Virus record (IMG/VR): IMGVR_UViG_3300027970_000006
Reading direction: 5' to 3' (one strand)
Origin: a virus
Length of the DNA: 64,000 nt
In this document: in pieces, positions 1-10,193 of the stretch
Numbering within the stretch: the first letter of the stretch is position 1
Layout: each line of letters begins with the position of its first letter
The notes under the pieces: model-generated
What the model was told of the DNA's origin: nothing
The model's input: only the letters and a program-made list of their open reading frames with translations
The model's database searches: none
Program-made: the position numbers and the translations under genes

Positions 1-1633
1 TTTATTTGAGGATGTAATGTTGGTTGACAGAGCAAGTAGAAATGTCGGTGATAAAGTTTTGGTTGATATTTACGGAATTATTAAGCTGTTAGAAGACGGA
101 TCAACAGAAAAAAATAACGGAAGTAGTTCATATAAAAACACTTTGTTGGATATGGTTACAACCATTTTAATTGAAAACAACTTTCAACATTTTATGTTAC
201 CGGCATATGTTAATTTTTATAACGTACAAGACGCTCAAAAAAACCCAACACCAAGACCTGACGGAACAATGGAATTTGGTAATATGTTATTTGGGACTTT
301 TTTAAATGTTGATTATAGACAAAGTTCCCCAAAATTTTTGTGTTACTATGTTAGTAAACCAAGTGAGCATTTGAATATGAATAATAATATTGATTATAGA
401 TTTAGAGATGATGCTTTTGATTTAAGAAGAGCTAGTGACAATCCGTTAATTGAAAATCAAGCAACTAAAATAGATTGGGACAAATCCAATAAAGTTGTTG
501 GTTTTAATGTTGACCCAACAAAAGAAAATCAACAAATATTTAAATCATTTAGTGTTTCACAAGATCCGGGAAAACCAACAAGTGAGTCTTTACAGATTTT
601 GGATCAAATGGCAAATGTGGATAAAAATAGAAGATCGTCAACACAAAGCGTTTCATTATTTAATTTATATAAAAATAGAAGTTATAATTGTTCTGTTGAC
701 ATGATGGGTTGTGCTCTAATACAACCAATGATGTATTTTAATATTAGAAACATACCAATGTTTTCAGGGCCATATATGATTACAAAAGTAAGTCATGATG
801 TTTCTGAAAATGGGTTTAGTACGGTTTTTGAAGGTGTAAGACAACCTTTTTATAGTTTACCAACCGTAGATAATTTCTTACAAACTTTAAATGTTAAAAT
901 TCTTTCACAATTACAAAGTAAGATACAAGAAAATGAATCAAAACAAAAAGAAAGTTCTGCGAATGTATTATTTCAGGCACAAAATACAATTGCTAATTTA
1001 CAATCTGAAGACACTTTAACTAAAAATCAAGATTGTGCAAATCAATTAAATTCTAGATATAACAACTTTACTGGCGTGGATATTCCACAACCAACATCTG
1101 TTTCAGTGAAAACTTTCTTAAATGAATTAAGAAATATTTTAATAGAGTTAAAATATGATATGACAGGAAATACAACATATCAAACCGCAGCGGCGGCATT
1201 CACATTTGTTTTTGTTGATTCAGGAAATAATAATGGAACAGAAATAAGTGCTTACGAGAATAACTATAGCACGATAAACCTACAAGAAGTTTATGGGGAC
1301 TCTTTCTTTGAATATATAAATAGGAAGTATTTCTGTGTTTCAAGAGGAACAGATAAAAACTTACCTATTGTTGCATTTAGATCTTTAAAAGATTTTATAA
1401 AGTTTGTTTTACTTAAAGTTGCAAATATACCAACATTTTTACAACAAGACTCAAATAAATTTCCATCAGATGATTTAGTACCATATAATTTAGCAAAACA
1501 ATATGTTTTACATTATCCGATCAATCAAAATAATGATGTTTATACTAAAATTGAAGCCGATAATGGTCAAATTGAAAAATTAAACGCGGAATTTTTAAAA
1601 GCTTATCAAATTTTTGAATCTTTATGGTCTTAA
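1..1633 (+). CDS. C-terminal part of large virion protein (baseplate hub / tail-associated), 5'-truncated
   Basis: Frame is open from the window edge (TTA TTT GAG GAT GTA ATG). Segment 'RSYNCSVDMMG..IQPMMYF..GPYMITKVSHDV...GFSTVFEG' resembles the C-terminal beta-strands of gp27/gpD/VgrG-like hub proteins. Confidence 0.5.
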   Translation, partial: LFEDVMLVDRASRNVGDKVLVDIYGIIKLLEDGSTEKNNGSSSYKNTLLDMVTTILIENNFQHFMLPAYVNFYNVQDAQKNPTPRPDGTMEFGNMLFGTFLNVDYRQSSPKFLCYYVSKPSEHLNMNNNIDYRFRDDAFDLRRASDNPLIENQATKIDWDKSNKVVGFNVDPTKENQQIFKSFSVSQDPGKPTSESLQILDQMANVDKNRRSSTQSVSLFNLYKNRSYNCSVDMMGCALIQPMMYFNIRNIPMFSGPYMITKVSHDVSENGFSTVFEGVRQPFYSLPTVDNFLQTLNVKILSQLQSKIQENESKQKESSANVLFQAQNTIANLQSEDTLTKNQDCANQLNSRYNNFTGVDIPQPTSVSVKTFLNELRNILIELKYDMTGNTTYQTAAAAFTFVFVDSGNNNGTEISAYENNYSTINLQEVYGDSFFEYINRKYFCVSRGTDKNLPIVAFRSLKDFIKFVLLKVANIPTFLQQDSNKFPSDDLVPYNLAKQYVLHYPINQNNDVYTKIEADNGQIEKLNAEFLKAYQIFESLWS

Positions 1634-1647
1634 TATAATAATACAGA

Positions 1648-1655
1648 TATTTATA
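1648..1655 (+). promoter_or_regulatory. TATTTATA candidate late promoter motif
   Basis: 13 nt upstream of ATG 1669; same motif precedes many structural genes in the window. Confidence 0.55.
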
Positions 1656-1668
1656 ATAAAAATTATAT

Positions 1669-1893
1669 ATGAATACAAAACTTATATTAGATAACTACTT
1701 GGGTAAAAACACAAGAGTTTCAGAGAAGGATAAAGGTAATGGTTACAAAGAAGTTTGTGATTTAGATACTGGAGACTGCTACACAGTAAGAATGAAAGAT
1801 GGTTTGATTGAAAGAGTTGACAACACTAAAAATTCTTTTAAAAAAATCCAAGTAGAAACCAAGAATGGTATAAAAACATTATTAAACGGATAG
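1669..1893 (+). CDS. hypothetical protein (74 aa)
   Basis: ORF with A/T-rich leader, tightly packed with the next gene. Confidence 0.75.
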   Translation: MNTKLILDNYLGKNTRVSEKDKGNGYKEVCDLDTGDCYTVRMKDGLIERVDNTKNSFKKIQVETKNGIKTLLNG

Positions 1894-1894
1894 T

Positions 1895-2566
1895 ATGAAA
1901 TTAGATGAAAAAATATTAGAAGAAATTGCAAGATATAGGTCAATCAACACTTATATCACAGAACAAGATGTTCCACCAGCACCTGAAGGTGATGTTCCCC
2001 CACCACCTGACGCAGGAGCAGCACCGGCACCTGATGCAGGAGCAGCACCTGATGCAGGAGCAGCACCTGCCCCTCCAGCAGCCCCTGAAGGACAACCTAT
2101 TGATGTTGCGGCAGATCCTGATGTTGAAGAAGTTGGAGCGGAAGGAGAAGGAGAAACTGAAGAGTTAGATATTACTGACTTGGTTGATTCTCAAAAAACA
2201 ATGGCAGACAAACAAGAAGAATATTTTGAAAATCTTTTTGGTCAAATTAAAAAAATGGAAGAAAAACTTTCTGAAATGGATAGTTTGGTTCAAAAACTAG
2301 ATTCATTAGATTCTAAAGTTGAAAAATACAGACCAAAAACGGCACAAGAAAAACTACAATTAAGAAGTTTAGATTCAGGACCGTTCAAACAAAATTTGGC
2401 AGACTTCTTTAAAGACAAAGAAGATGAAATGGAAAAAACAGGAAAAAACGAATATGTTTTAACTCAAGACGAAGTTGAAAATTTTAGTCCATCAGAAATT
2501 GAAAAATCGTTTAACGAACCAATGGAAGATGAAGACGAAATTTTATTAAATAAATTTAATTATTAA
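1895..2566 (+). CDS. acidic Pro/Ala-rich coiled-coil protein, possible prohead core/scaffold-type
   Basis: N-terminal 'ILEEIARYRSI...ITEQ' leader, PDAGAAP repeats, heptad coiled coil. Confidence 0.55.
   Translation: MKLDEKILEEIARYRSINTYITEQDVPPAPEGDVPPPPDAGAAPAPDAGAAPDAGAAPAPPAAPEGQPIDVAADPDVEEVGAEGEGETEELDITDLVDSQKTMADKQEEYFENLFGQIKKMEEKLSEMDSLVQKLDSLDSKVEKYRPKTAQEKLQLRSLDSGPFKQNLADFFKDKEDEMEKTGKNEYVLTQDEVENFSPSEIEKSFNEPMEDEDEILLNKFNY
2004..2070 (+). repeat. in-frame 18-bp tandem repeat (CCTGATGCAGGAGCAGCA; PDAGAA) x3
   Basis: Read directly in the sequence. Confidence 0.85.
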
Positions 2567-2570
2567 TTTA

Positions 2571-2598
2571 AAAGGTCACAATTAGTGGCCTTTTTTTT
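2571..2598 (+). terminator. intrinsic terminator
   Basis: AAAGGTCAC-aatta-GTGGCCTTT followed by a T tract. Confidence 0.8.
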
Positions 2599-2608
2599 AA
2601 AAACTTAT

Positions 2609-2637
2609 TTGACAATTACTTTTTACTACCTTATATT
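2609..2637 (+). promoter_or_regulatory. sigma70-consensus promoter (TTGACA-N17-TATATT)
   Basis: Perfect -35, 17-nt spacer, near-consensus -10, upstream of the SSB gene. Confidence 0.7.
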
Positions 2638-2670
2638 TTTTACACATAAACTTTTAAATTTTAATTACAC

Positions 2671-3537
2671 ATGGCGACAAATGTTTTAGACGCGGTTTTG
2701 GCTCAATATGAAAGTTCAAAACAAAGTGGTTCTTCTTCCACTTCAAAAATGTCACAAGAAGAAAGAATGAAAAAATATTTCGCAGCTCTATTGAAAGAGA
2801 ACGAAAAACAAGGACAAAAACGTGTCCGAATCTTACCAACAACAGACGGATCTTCACCATTCAAAGAAGTGTGGTTCCACGAAGTTTTATTGGACGGAAA
2901 ATGGCAAAAATTCTACGATCCAGGAAAAAATGATAATGAAAGATCGCCTTTGAATGAGGTATATGAAGAACTTATGTCAACAGGTCGTGATTCAGACAAA
3001 GAACTTGCAAAACAATATAAGGCTCGCAAATTCTATATTGTTAAAGTTATTGATCGTGATAACGAACAAGATGGTGTTAAATTTTGGAGATTTAAACACA
3101 ATTACAAACAAGAAGGAATTTTAGATAAAATTATTCCTATTTGGAAAGCTAAAGGTGATGTTACCGATCCTGATAAAGGACGAGACTTAATTCTTGAATT
3201 AACAAAGGCAAAAACGCCAAAAGGAGCGACGTATACGGTTATTCAAACGGTTATGTATGATGACCCTTCATCAATCTCTGATGACACAGATCAAATGTCT
3301 GATTGGGTTGGTAATGAAATGACTTGGGAAGATGTATACTCTAAAAAACCTGTTGAATATTTGGAAGCAATTGCAAGAGGAGAAACTCCACGTTGGGATT
3401 CTGAAAAAGGTGGATATGTTTACTCTAACACCGAAACCGCAGAAGTTTCTATGGGAGGAAAATCAACACCTAAATCAATTAATGAAGTTGCTGACCCACA
3501 AGAAAACGATCAAGTTGATGAAGAATTACCATTCTAA
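2671..3537 (+). CDS. T4 gp32-like single-stranded DNA-binding protein
   Basis: 'VRILP', 'PFKEVWFH', 'DPDKGRDLIL' motifs, acidic tail ending 'DEELPF'; first gene of the replication cluster. Confidence 0.85.
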   Translation: MATNVLDAVLAQYESSKQSGSSSTSKMSQEERMKKYFAALLKENEKQGQKRVRILPTTDGSSPFKEVWFHEVLLDGKWQKFYDPGKNDNERSPLNEVYEELMSTGRDSDKELAKQYKARKFYIVKVIDRDNEQDGVKFWRFKHNYKQEGILDKIIPIWKAKGDVTDPDKGRDLILELTKAKTPKGATYTVIQTVMYDDPSSISDDTDQMSDWVGNEMTWEDVYSKKPVEYLEAIARGETPRWDSEKGGYVYSNTETAEVSMGGKSTPKSINEVADPQENDQVDEELPF

Positions 3538-3567
3538 ATTTAACTAAAAAAACCCTAAGTATTATCT

Positions 3568-3600
3568 AAACACCGATTTACAATGTCGGTGTTTTTTTTT
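3568..3600 (+). terminator. intrinsic terminator
   Basis: AAACACCGA...TCGGTGTTT stem plus long T run. Confidence 0.8.
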
Positions 3601-3623
3601 ATATTATAAATAAATAGAATATT

Positions 3624-4631
3624 ATGGCAATTAAAAAAAATGATTTTAGTTCATTAAAAAAGAAATTTTCCACATCAGCAAAATATAAACCACAAAGATT
3701 TTTTGATTTGGGTCAACCATTTTTGGATGCGGTAGGACTTCCAGGTCCGGCCATGGGACATATTAATATGTTCTTGGGTCACTCAGATACGGGAAAAACA
3801 ACAGCGCTTGTTAAAACTGCGGTTGATGCTCAAAAGAAAGGTATTCTTCCTGTGTTTATCATTACAGAACAAAAATGGAGTTTTGAACACGCCAAACTTA
3901 TGGGTTTTGAATGTGAAGAAGTTGTTGACACCGAAACAGGAGAATTAGAGTGGGATGGTTTTTACATCTTTAATAATAATTTTGATTACATTGAACAAAT
4001 TACAGCTTATATTAATGAATTATTGGATGCTCAAGAAAAGGGTGAATTAGATTACTCACTTTGTATAATGTGGGATTCAGTTGGATCAGTTCCATGTAAA
4101 ATGACTTATGAGGGCCGAGGTGGAAAACAACACAATGCAGCTGCATTAGCCGACAAAATTGGCATGGGTATTAATCAAAGAATTTCAGGGTCTCGTAAAT
4201 CAGATTCTAAATATGAGAATACCCTTATTATCGTAAACCAGCCTTGGGTTGAATTACCTGACAATCCATTTGGTCAACCTAAAATTAAAGCAAAGGGTGG
4301 TGAGGCAATTTGGTTAAACTCATCATTGGTATTCTTATTTGGTAATCAAAAAGGTGCGGGAACAACAAAGATTACCGCAACAAAAGACAAAAGAACGGTA
4401 AAGTTTGCGTCAAGAACAAAAGTATCGGTTATGAAAAATCACATCAATGGGCTTGGTTTTGAAGATGGGAAAATAATTGTAACACCACACGGTTTTTTAC
4501 CTGGTAAGGAATCGTCTGAAGAAAAAGCATCAATAGAACAATACAAGAAAGATTATGCCGAGTATTGGAAAGAAATAATTGGAGTTGATGGTGACTTTGA
4601 TTTGAAGGCGGAGAGAGAAGAATCAGAGTAA
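3624..4631 (+). CDS. uvsX: RecA/UvsX-like recombinase
   Basis: Walker A GHSDTGKTT, Walker B 'IMWDSVGS', 'IIVNQ', 'KGGEA', 'KNHI'. Confidence 0.9.
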   Translation: MAIKKNDFSSLKKKFSTSAKYKPQRFFDLGQPFLDAVGLPGPAMGHINMFLGHSDTGKTTALVKTAVDAQKKGILPVFIITEQKWSFEHAKLMGFECEEVVDTETGELEWDGFYIFNNNFDYIEQITAYINELLDAQEKGELDYSLCIMWDSVGSVPCKMTYEGRGGKQHNAAALADKIGMGINQRISGSRKSDSKYENTLIIVNQPWVELPDNPFGQPKIKAKGGEAIWLNSSLVFLFGNQKGAGTTKITATKDKRTVKFASRTKVSVMKNHINGLGFEDGKIIVTPHGFLPGKESSEEKASIEQYKKDYAEYWKEIIGVDGDFDLKAEREESE

Positions 4632-4651
4632 GAATCTTGTAATTATTTAAA

Positions 4652-5665
4652 ATGACTAAAACGTTATTGGTTGACGGAAACAACCTATTAAAAATCGGAT
4701 TTCACGGAGTAAGAGATTTCTTTAATAAAGGAGAACACGTTGGAGGTATTTGGCACTTTTTAAATACCCTAAGACGTTTCCTTGAAGAAAATAACTATAA
4801 CAAAGTTGTTGTATTTTGGGATGGAGAAACAAGCTCATCACAAAGAAGGTTATTATACCCAAAGTACAAATTGAACCGTAAATCCAACAATCCAAAAAAT
4901 GATTTTAAAGAAGAATCATTTTTAAATCAAAAACAAAGGGTTAAACAATACCTTGAAGAAATGTTTGTAAGACAATTGGACGTTGAGAATTCAGAAGCCG
5001 ATGATTTAATTGCTTACTATTGTCAGATTTCTGATGATGAAGATAAAACAATATTTTCTTCAGATAGAGACCTTACACAACTTATATCTGAAAAGGTAAC
5101 GATCTATTCACCTAATACCAAGAAGTATTATAAGAATGGGGATATGATCAAAATTGACCAATTAGAGATCCCCCATTATAATGTTAAAACCTATAAAATA
5201 TTAACTGGTGATAGTTCAGATAATATTGATGGTATTTTTTATCTTGGTGAAAAAACTTTTATTAAATTATTTCCTGAAATACTTGAAAAGGAAATTAGTC
5301 TTACTGATATTTTAACAAAAGGTGAGGAATTATTAAAAGAACAAAAAGAAAATGTTGCGTTAAAAAACCTTTTAAGTGGAAAAACCAAAGAGGGAATATT
5401 TGGAGATGAGTTTTTTGTAATAAACGAAAAATTAGTTGACTTATCAAAGCCTTTGATTTCCGACGAAGGAAAAGAATTAGTTCAATCGTATTACTCCGAG
5501 TCATTGGATCCTGACGGAAGGGGGCACAGGAACTTAATTCGTATGATGATGAACGACGGATTCTTTAAATACTTACCAAAGGGTGACGACGCTTGGGTGA
5601 ATTTTTTAAAACCATTTTTAAAGCTATCTAGAAAAGAAAAAAGTAATTTTAGAAACAAAAAGTAG
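4652..5665 (+). CDS. 5'-3' exonuclease / flap endonuclease (T4 RNase H / Pol I N-terminal type)
   Basis: 'LLVDGNNL', 'YPKYKLNR', 'EADDLIA', 'SSDRDLTQL', 'GDSSDNIDGI..LGEKT'. Confidence 0.92.
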   Translation: MTKTLLVDGNNLLKIGFHGVRDFFNKGEHVGGIWHFLNTLRRFLEENNYNKVVVFWDGETSSSQRRLLYPKYKLNRKSNNPKNDFKEESFLNQKQRVKQYLEEMFVRQLDVENSEADDLIAYYCQISDDEDKTIFSSDRDLTQLISEKVTIYSPNTKKYYKNGDMIKIDQLEIPHYNVKTYKILTGDSSDNIDGIFYLGEKTFIKLFPEILEKEISLTDILTKGEELLKEQKENVALKNLLSGKTKEGIFGDEFFVINEKLVDLSKPLISDEGKELVQSYYSESLDPDGRGHRNLIRMMMNDGFFKYLPKGDDAWVNFLKPFLKLSRKEKSNFRNKK

Positions 5666-5679
5666 AAACAAAAAAAACT

Positions 5680-6129
5680 ATGAAAGAACAAGAAATAACA
5701 AAAGTGGAATTTTTGTTAACATGCAATGAAAACATTGTTGTCCAAAGATTTTTTAATGTTAGAGGATTTAACAAACATGCTCACAAGTCAGAAAATTTTT
5801 ATGATCATATAAATTCAATATGTAATGAATTACAATATGATTTAAAGATGAGATCTGTAACTTATTTATTGAGCAATCAGTATGAGATTTTTGATAATCC
5901 GGATATCTTAAACACATCAATTACTGATGGACCGGAAAAATTTAATTTAATTATTAAGGTTGGAGACCTGACAATTTGTCATAGGCAGTTTGACGCGAAA
6001 GTATACCCCCCAAAGGTAAGATACACCGTAGACCTACGCCCAAAGTTAAAAACGATCATGTCGGGTCTAACTGACATTTTTTCAGGTAAAAATTTTAATT
6101 ATTTTTATCCCGAACTTATTAAAAATTAA
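5680..6129 (+). CDS. hypothetical protein (149 aa)
   Basis: ORF within replication operon. Confidence 0.8.
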   Translation: MKEQEITKVEFLLTCNENIVVQRFFNVRGFNKHAHKSENFYDHINSICNELQYDLKMRSVTYLLSNQYEIFDNPDILNTSITDGPEKFNLIIKVGDLTICHRQFDAKVYPPKVRYTVDLRPKLKTIMSGLTDIFSGKNFNYFYPELIKN

Positions 6130-6162
6130 TAGTATTTATCATACGAAAGGAGAAACAAGACA

Positions 6163-7563
6163 ATGGCAACGAGTAAAAATTTTGAGTATTTAGGAAATAC
6201 ATTTCAATTACAACTTTTAAATCAGATTATAGTAGATAAGGATTTTTCACATTCTATTATTGATGTAATTGAAAACAACTATTTTGAAAACAAATACTTC
6301 AAAATCATAATTCAAATGATTAGGGAATATTATATCAAATATGATCATACACCATCATTTGAGACTCTTGAACAAATAACAAAATCAGAGTTACAACAAG
6401 AACTGGCATCAAAAATTGTGATGGACACAATTAAGAAAATTAAGGACGCACCTATTGATGGCGTTGGTTTTGTTCAAGAAAAGGCTTTAAAATTCTGTAA
6501 ACAACAAGAGCTTCAAAAGGTAATGGGTAAGGCTCAGAAAATAATTGACGGAGGTGAGTTTGAAAATTACGACACATTAGAAGAGTTGGTTAAAACCGCA
6601 CTTCAAGTTGGTGCAAAAGACACATCAATGACTGATATATTTTCAAACATTGATCAGGTATTAGAAGAAGACTATAGACACCCAATCCCTATGGGAATCC
6701 CTGGTATTGACCGACTACTTAAAGGTGGTTTGGCGAAAGGTGAGATTGGTGTAATTTTGGCACCAACTGGTGTGGGTAAATCAACAATTCTAACAAAGAT
6801 TGCAAATCACGCATTTAATCTTGGATTTAATGTCCTTCAAGTGTTTTTTGAAGATAACCCAAAGGTAATTCAAAGAAAACATTACACATTATTTACAAAG
6901 GTTCATCCTGACGATTTGTCAGAGAAAAAAGATTATGTTATGAAACGAGTTAGGGAAATTGAAGAGTCTATGCCAAACAAGTTGATAATGAAAAAATTGG
7001 CTTCTGATACGATGACTATGTTACAAATCAAAAATCAAATTAGAAAAATGGTTTCTGATGGGATAAAAATAGACATGGTAGTTTTAGATTATATTGATTG
7101 TGTTGTTCCAGACAAAAACTTGGGTGATGAATGGAAAAGCGAAGGATCGGTTATGAGAGCATTTGAGGCGATGTGTCATGAAATGGATCTTGTTGGTTGG
7201 ACGGCGACACAAGGAAATAGAGCTTCAATTTCATCAGAAGTTGTAACAACAGATCAAATGGGAGGGTCAATTAAAAAGGCACAAGTTGGACACGTAATTA
7301 TATCTGTGGCCAAAACATTACAACAAAAAGAATTGAAACTGGCAACAATTGCAATTACAAAATCAAGAATTGGTGATGACGGGATTGTGTTTGAAAATTG
7401 TAAATTTGATAATGCAATGTTAGATATTGACACAGAAAGCTCTATGACATTCTTAGGGATTGAAGAACAAAAAGAAGAAAGACAAAGACAAAGAGTTAGG
7501 GAGCTACTTGAAAAAAGAAAAGAAAAAGAGTCACAAAAGCCACAATCTTTTGTAAATAATTAA
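6163..7563 (+). CDS. replicative DNA helicase (DnaB / T4 gp41-like)
   Basis: Walker A APTGVGKS, 'VVLDYID', 'WTATQGNR', 'KSRIG'. Confidence 0.92.
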   Translation: MATSKNFEYLGNTFQLQLLNQIIVDKDFSHSIIDVIENNYFENKYFKIIIQMIREYYIKYDHTPSFETLEQITKSELQQELASKIVMDTIKKIKDAPIDGVGFVQEKALKFCKQQELQKVMGKAQKIIDGGEFENYDTLEELVKTALQVGAKDTSMTDIFSNIDQVLEEDYRHPIPMGIPGIDRLLKGGLAKGEIGVILAPTGVGKSTILTKIANHAFNLGFNVLQVFFEDNPKVIQRKHYTLFTKVHPDDLSEKKDYVMKRVREIEESMPNKLIMKKLASDTMTMLQIKNQIRKMVSDGIKIDMVVLDYIDCVVPDKNLGDEWKSEGSVMRAFEAMCHEMDLVGWTATQGNRASISSEVVTTDQMGGSIKKAQVGHVIISVAKTLQQKELKLATIAITKSRIGDDGIVFENCKFDNAMLDIDTESSMTFLGIEEQKEERQRQRVRELLEKRKEKESQKPQSFVNN

Positions 7564-7588
7564 ATCATAATTTTAAAATTAAAAAAAA

Positions 7589-9448
7589 ATGGATATTTCA
7601 CAAAAAATATTAAGCAACATTACGGTGTATATGAAATACGCAAAATTCATTCCCGAATTAAATAGAAGAGAAACTTGGGAAGAATTGGTGACAAGAAATA
7701 AAGAAATGCACCAAAAAAAATACCCACAAATTAAAGAAGAAATTGAAAACGTTTATCAAATGGTATATGATAAAAAAATTCTTCCATCAATGAGGTCTTT
7801 ACAATTTGGCGGAAAACCAATTGAAATTTCACCAAACAGGGTTTATAATTGTGCATATTTGCCAATTGATCACCAAGATGCGTTTTCTGAAACTATGTTT
7901 TTACTTTTAGGAGGAACAGGAGTTGGGTTTTCAGTTCAAAAACACCACGTTGATAAATTACCTGAAATTAAAAAACCAAACCCAAATAGAACAAGAAGAT
8001 ATTTGATCGGTGATTCTATTGAAGGATGGGCGGACGCAATTAAAGTATTGGTTGAATCTTATTTTGGAATAAAATCATCAACACCAATTTTTGATTTTTC
8101 AGACATTCGTCAAAAAGGAGCGTTGTTGGTTACATCAGGAGGAAAGGCACCTGGCCCACAACCACTTAAAGATTGTATTCACAACATTACAAAAGTATTT
8201 GAATCTAAAAACGATCGCGAAAAATTAACACCAATTGAAACTCACGATATCGTTTGTCATATCGCAGACGCAGTTCTTGCTGGTGGAATTAGAAGGGCCG
8301 CTTTAATTTCGTTATTCTCTGCGGATGATGAAGAAATGATTTCTTGTAAGTCAGGAAATTGGTGGGAACAAAATCCACAAAGAGGAAGAGCAAACAATTC
8401 GGCGGTACTTCTTCGTCACAAAATAACCAAAGAATATTTTATGGGTCTTTGGAAAAGAATTGAATTGTCAGGAGCAGGAGAACCCGGAATTTATTTATCA
8501 AACGATAAAGATTGGGGAACAAATCCTTGTTGTGAGATCGGACTTCGTCCTTATCAGTTCTGTAATTTATGTGAGGTAAATGCTTCTGATATTGAATCAC
8601 AAGAAGATTTTGAACAACGAGTAAAAGGGGCTGCGTTCATTGGGACACTTCAAGCGGGATATACTGATTTCCATTACCTTCGCGATGTATGGAAAAGAAC
8701 CACAGAAAAAGATGCTCTTATTGGTGTTGGAATGACGGGTATTGGATCAGGAGTTGTTTTAGGTTATGATATGGAAGCAGCTGCACAATCTGTTAAAGAT
8801 GAAAACGAAAGAGTTGCAAATCTTATTGGAATCAATGCGGCAGCAAGAACAACAACCGTTAAACCATCAGGAACATCATCTTTAGTTTTGGGAACCTCAT
8901 CAGGAATTCACGCTTGGCATAATGATTATTATTTAAGAAGAATTCGTGTTGGAAAAAATGAGGCAATTTATTCTTATCTTGCAATCAATCACCCCGAACT
9001 TGTTGAAGATGAGTTCTTTCGTCCACACGATACCGCAGTAATTACAATTCCACAAAAAGCACCTGAAGGGTCAATCTTGAGATATGAGTCAGTGTTTGAA
9101 ATGTTAGAAAGAGTTAAAAAAGTTTCAAAAGAGTGGGTTAGATCTGGTCACAGAACAGGACAAAATACACATAATGTTTCGGCTACAATTTCAGTTAAAG
9201 AAGATGAGTGGGAACAAGTTGGTGATTGGATGTGGAAAAATAGAAAATTTTACAATGGACTTTCAGTATTACCATACAACGGAGGAACTTATACCCAAGC
9301 ACCTTTTGAAGATTGTATACAAGAAGATTTTGAAAGATTAGTTAAGACATTAACAAATGTTGACTTAACTAAAGTCATTGAATTACAAGATAATACAAAT
9401 CTTAGTGGTGAAGTTGCTTGTGGAGCGTCTGGATGTGAAATAGTATAA
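7589..9448 (+). CDS. nrdJ: class II (adenosylcobalamin-dependent, monomeric RTPR-type) ribonucleotide reductase
   Basis: 'PSMRSLQFGG', 'YNCAY', 'GGIRRAA', 'TNPCCEI', 'TTVKPSGT', C-terminal 'CGASGC' redox pair; no nrdB neighbour. Confidence 0.9.
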   Translation: MDISQKILSNITVYMKYAKFIPELNRRETWEELVTRNKEMHQKKYPQIKEEIENVYQMVYDKKILPSMRSLQFGGKPIEISPNRVYNCAYLPIDHQDAFSETMFLLLGGTGVGFSVQKHHVDKLPEIKKPNPNRTRRYLIGDSIEGWADAIKVLVESYFGIKSSTPIFDFSDIRQKGALLVTSGGKAPGPQPLKDCIHNITKVFESKNDREKLTPIETHDIVCHIADAVLAGGIRRAALISLFSADDEEMISCKSGNWWEQNPQRGRANNSAVLLRHKITKEYFMGLWKRIELSGAGEPGIYLSNDKDWGTNPCCEIGLRPYQFCNLCEVNASDIESQEDFEQRVKGAAFIGTLQAGYTDFHYLRDVWKRTTEKDALIGVGMTGIGSGVVLGYDMEAAAQSVKDENERVANLIGINAAARTTTVKPSGTSSLVLGTSSGIHAWHNDYYLRRIRVGKNEAIYSYLAINHPELVEDEFFRPHDTAVITIPQKAPEGSILRYESVFEMLERVKKVSKEWVRSGHRTGQNTHNVSATISVKEDEWEQVGDWMWKNRKFYNGLSVLPYNGGTYTQAPFEDCIQEDFERLVKTLTNVDLTKVIELQDNTNLSGEVACGASGCEIV

Positions 9449-9451
9449 GTT

Positions 9452-9679
9452 ATGGCAATAAACGCATCAAACGATTGGATACAACAGTTATATGTTCAGG
9501 AGACTACAAAAATGTCACCTAAACCTGATTTTTATACAGACGATAATGGTAGAATCGTAATGACTGAAGAATACCATATTAAACGAGGAAGTTGTTGCGG
9601 ATCACATTGTAAACATTGTCCTTACGAACCTATTTACCAAAAGGGAACTAAAAATTTACAAAAATCACTACTTCGGTAG
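9452..9679 (+). CDS. small Cys-rich protein (DUF5522-like)
   Basis: 'HIKRGSCCGSHCKHCPY' motif. Confidence 0.7.
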   Translation: MAINASNDWIQQLYVQETTKMSPKPDFYTDDNGRIVMTEEYHIKRGSCCGSHCKHCPYEPIYQKGTKNLQKSLLR

Positions 9680-9691
9680 TGATTTTTTTTT
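9661..9691 (+). terminator. intrinsic terminator with UUCG tetraloop
   Basis: ATCACTAC-TTCG-GTAGTGAT plus T tract; closes the replication operon. Confidence 0.9.
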
Positions 9692-9712
9692 ACTTAAAAA
9701 AACGATAACTTA

Positions 9713-9720
9713 TATTTATA
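9713..9720 (+). promoter_or_regulatory. TATTTATA candidate late promoter of the baseplate operon
   Basis: Between the terminator and the gp25 ATG (9727). Confidence 0.6.
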
Positions 9721-9726
9721 AGTGAT

Positions 9727-10185
9727 ATGGCAAATGGTATTACTTATGGAATTTCTTTTCCTTTTGTTGACTCTTTCACTGGACGTTATTTGGATGTGAC
9801 AAATTCTACTGAGGGTGAGATTAGGGCAAATCTTGTTCATCTTTTATTAACAAGAAAAGGATCAAGGTATTTTTTACCTGATTTTGGAACTCGTCTTTAT
9901 GAATACATATTTGAACCTTTAGACGGACCAACATTTTCTGACATTGAGGCCGAGATAAGAAGTACAATTGGAACATATATGCCAAATTTACAAGTAACAA
10001 ACATTACTGTTGAACCGGCATCTGCGGGTTTAGAAGATAAAGGTTATACCGTGAATAGAGATGGAGAAAGGGAGTTTAAAGTTACAAATATCGCAACTTT
10101 AGAACACACCGCAAAAATCAAAATAGATTATCGTATAACAGATTCGGCTTTTGAATCTCAAGATTTTATCATTATCAATATTTAA
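9727..10185 (+). CDS. baseplate wedge subunit, gp25/GPW-like
   Basis: 'LLLTRKGSRYFLPDFGTRLYEYIFEP' is the gp25 family signature. Confidence 0.9.
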   Translation: MANGITYGISFPFVDSFTGRYLDVTNSTEGEIRANLVHLLLTRKGSRYFLPDFGTRLYEYIFEPLDGPTFSDIEAEIRSTIGTYMPNLQVTNITVEPASAGLEDKGYTVNRDGEREFKVTNIATLEHTAKIKIDYRITDSAFESQDFIIINI

Positions 10186-10193
10186 TATTATAT

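Noticed and set aside
6163-9448. Inteins or introns in helicase and RNR
   Set aside because: Lengths and motif spacing are normal; no intein-like insertions or frame breaks.
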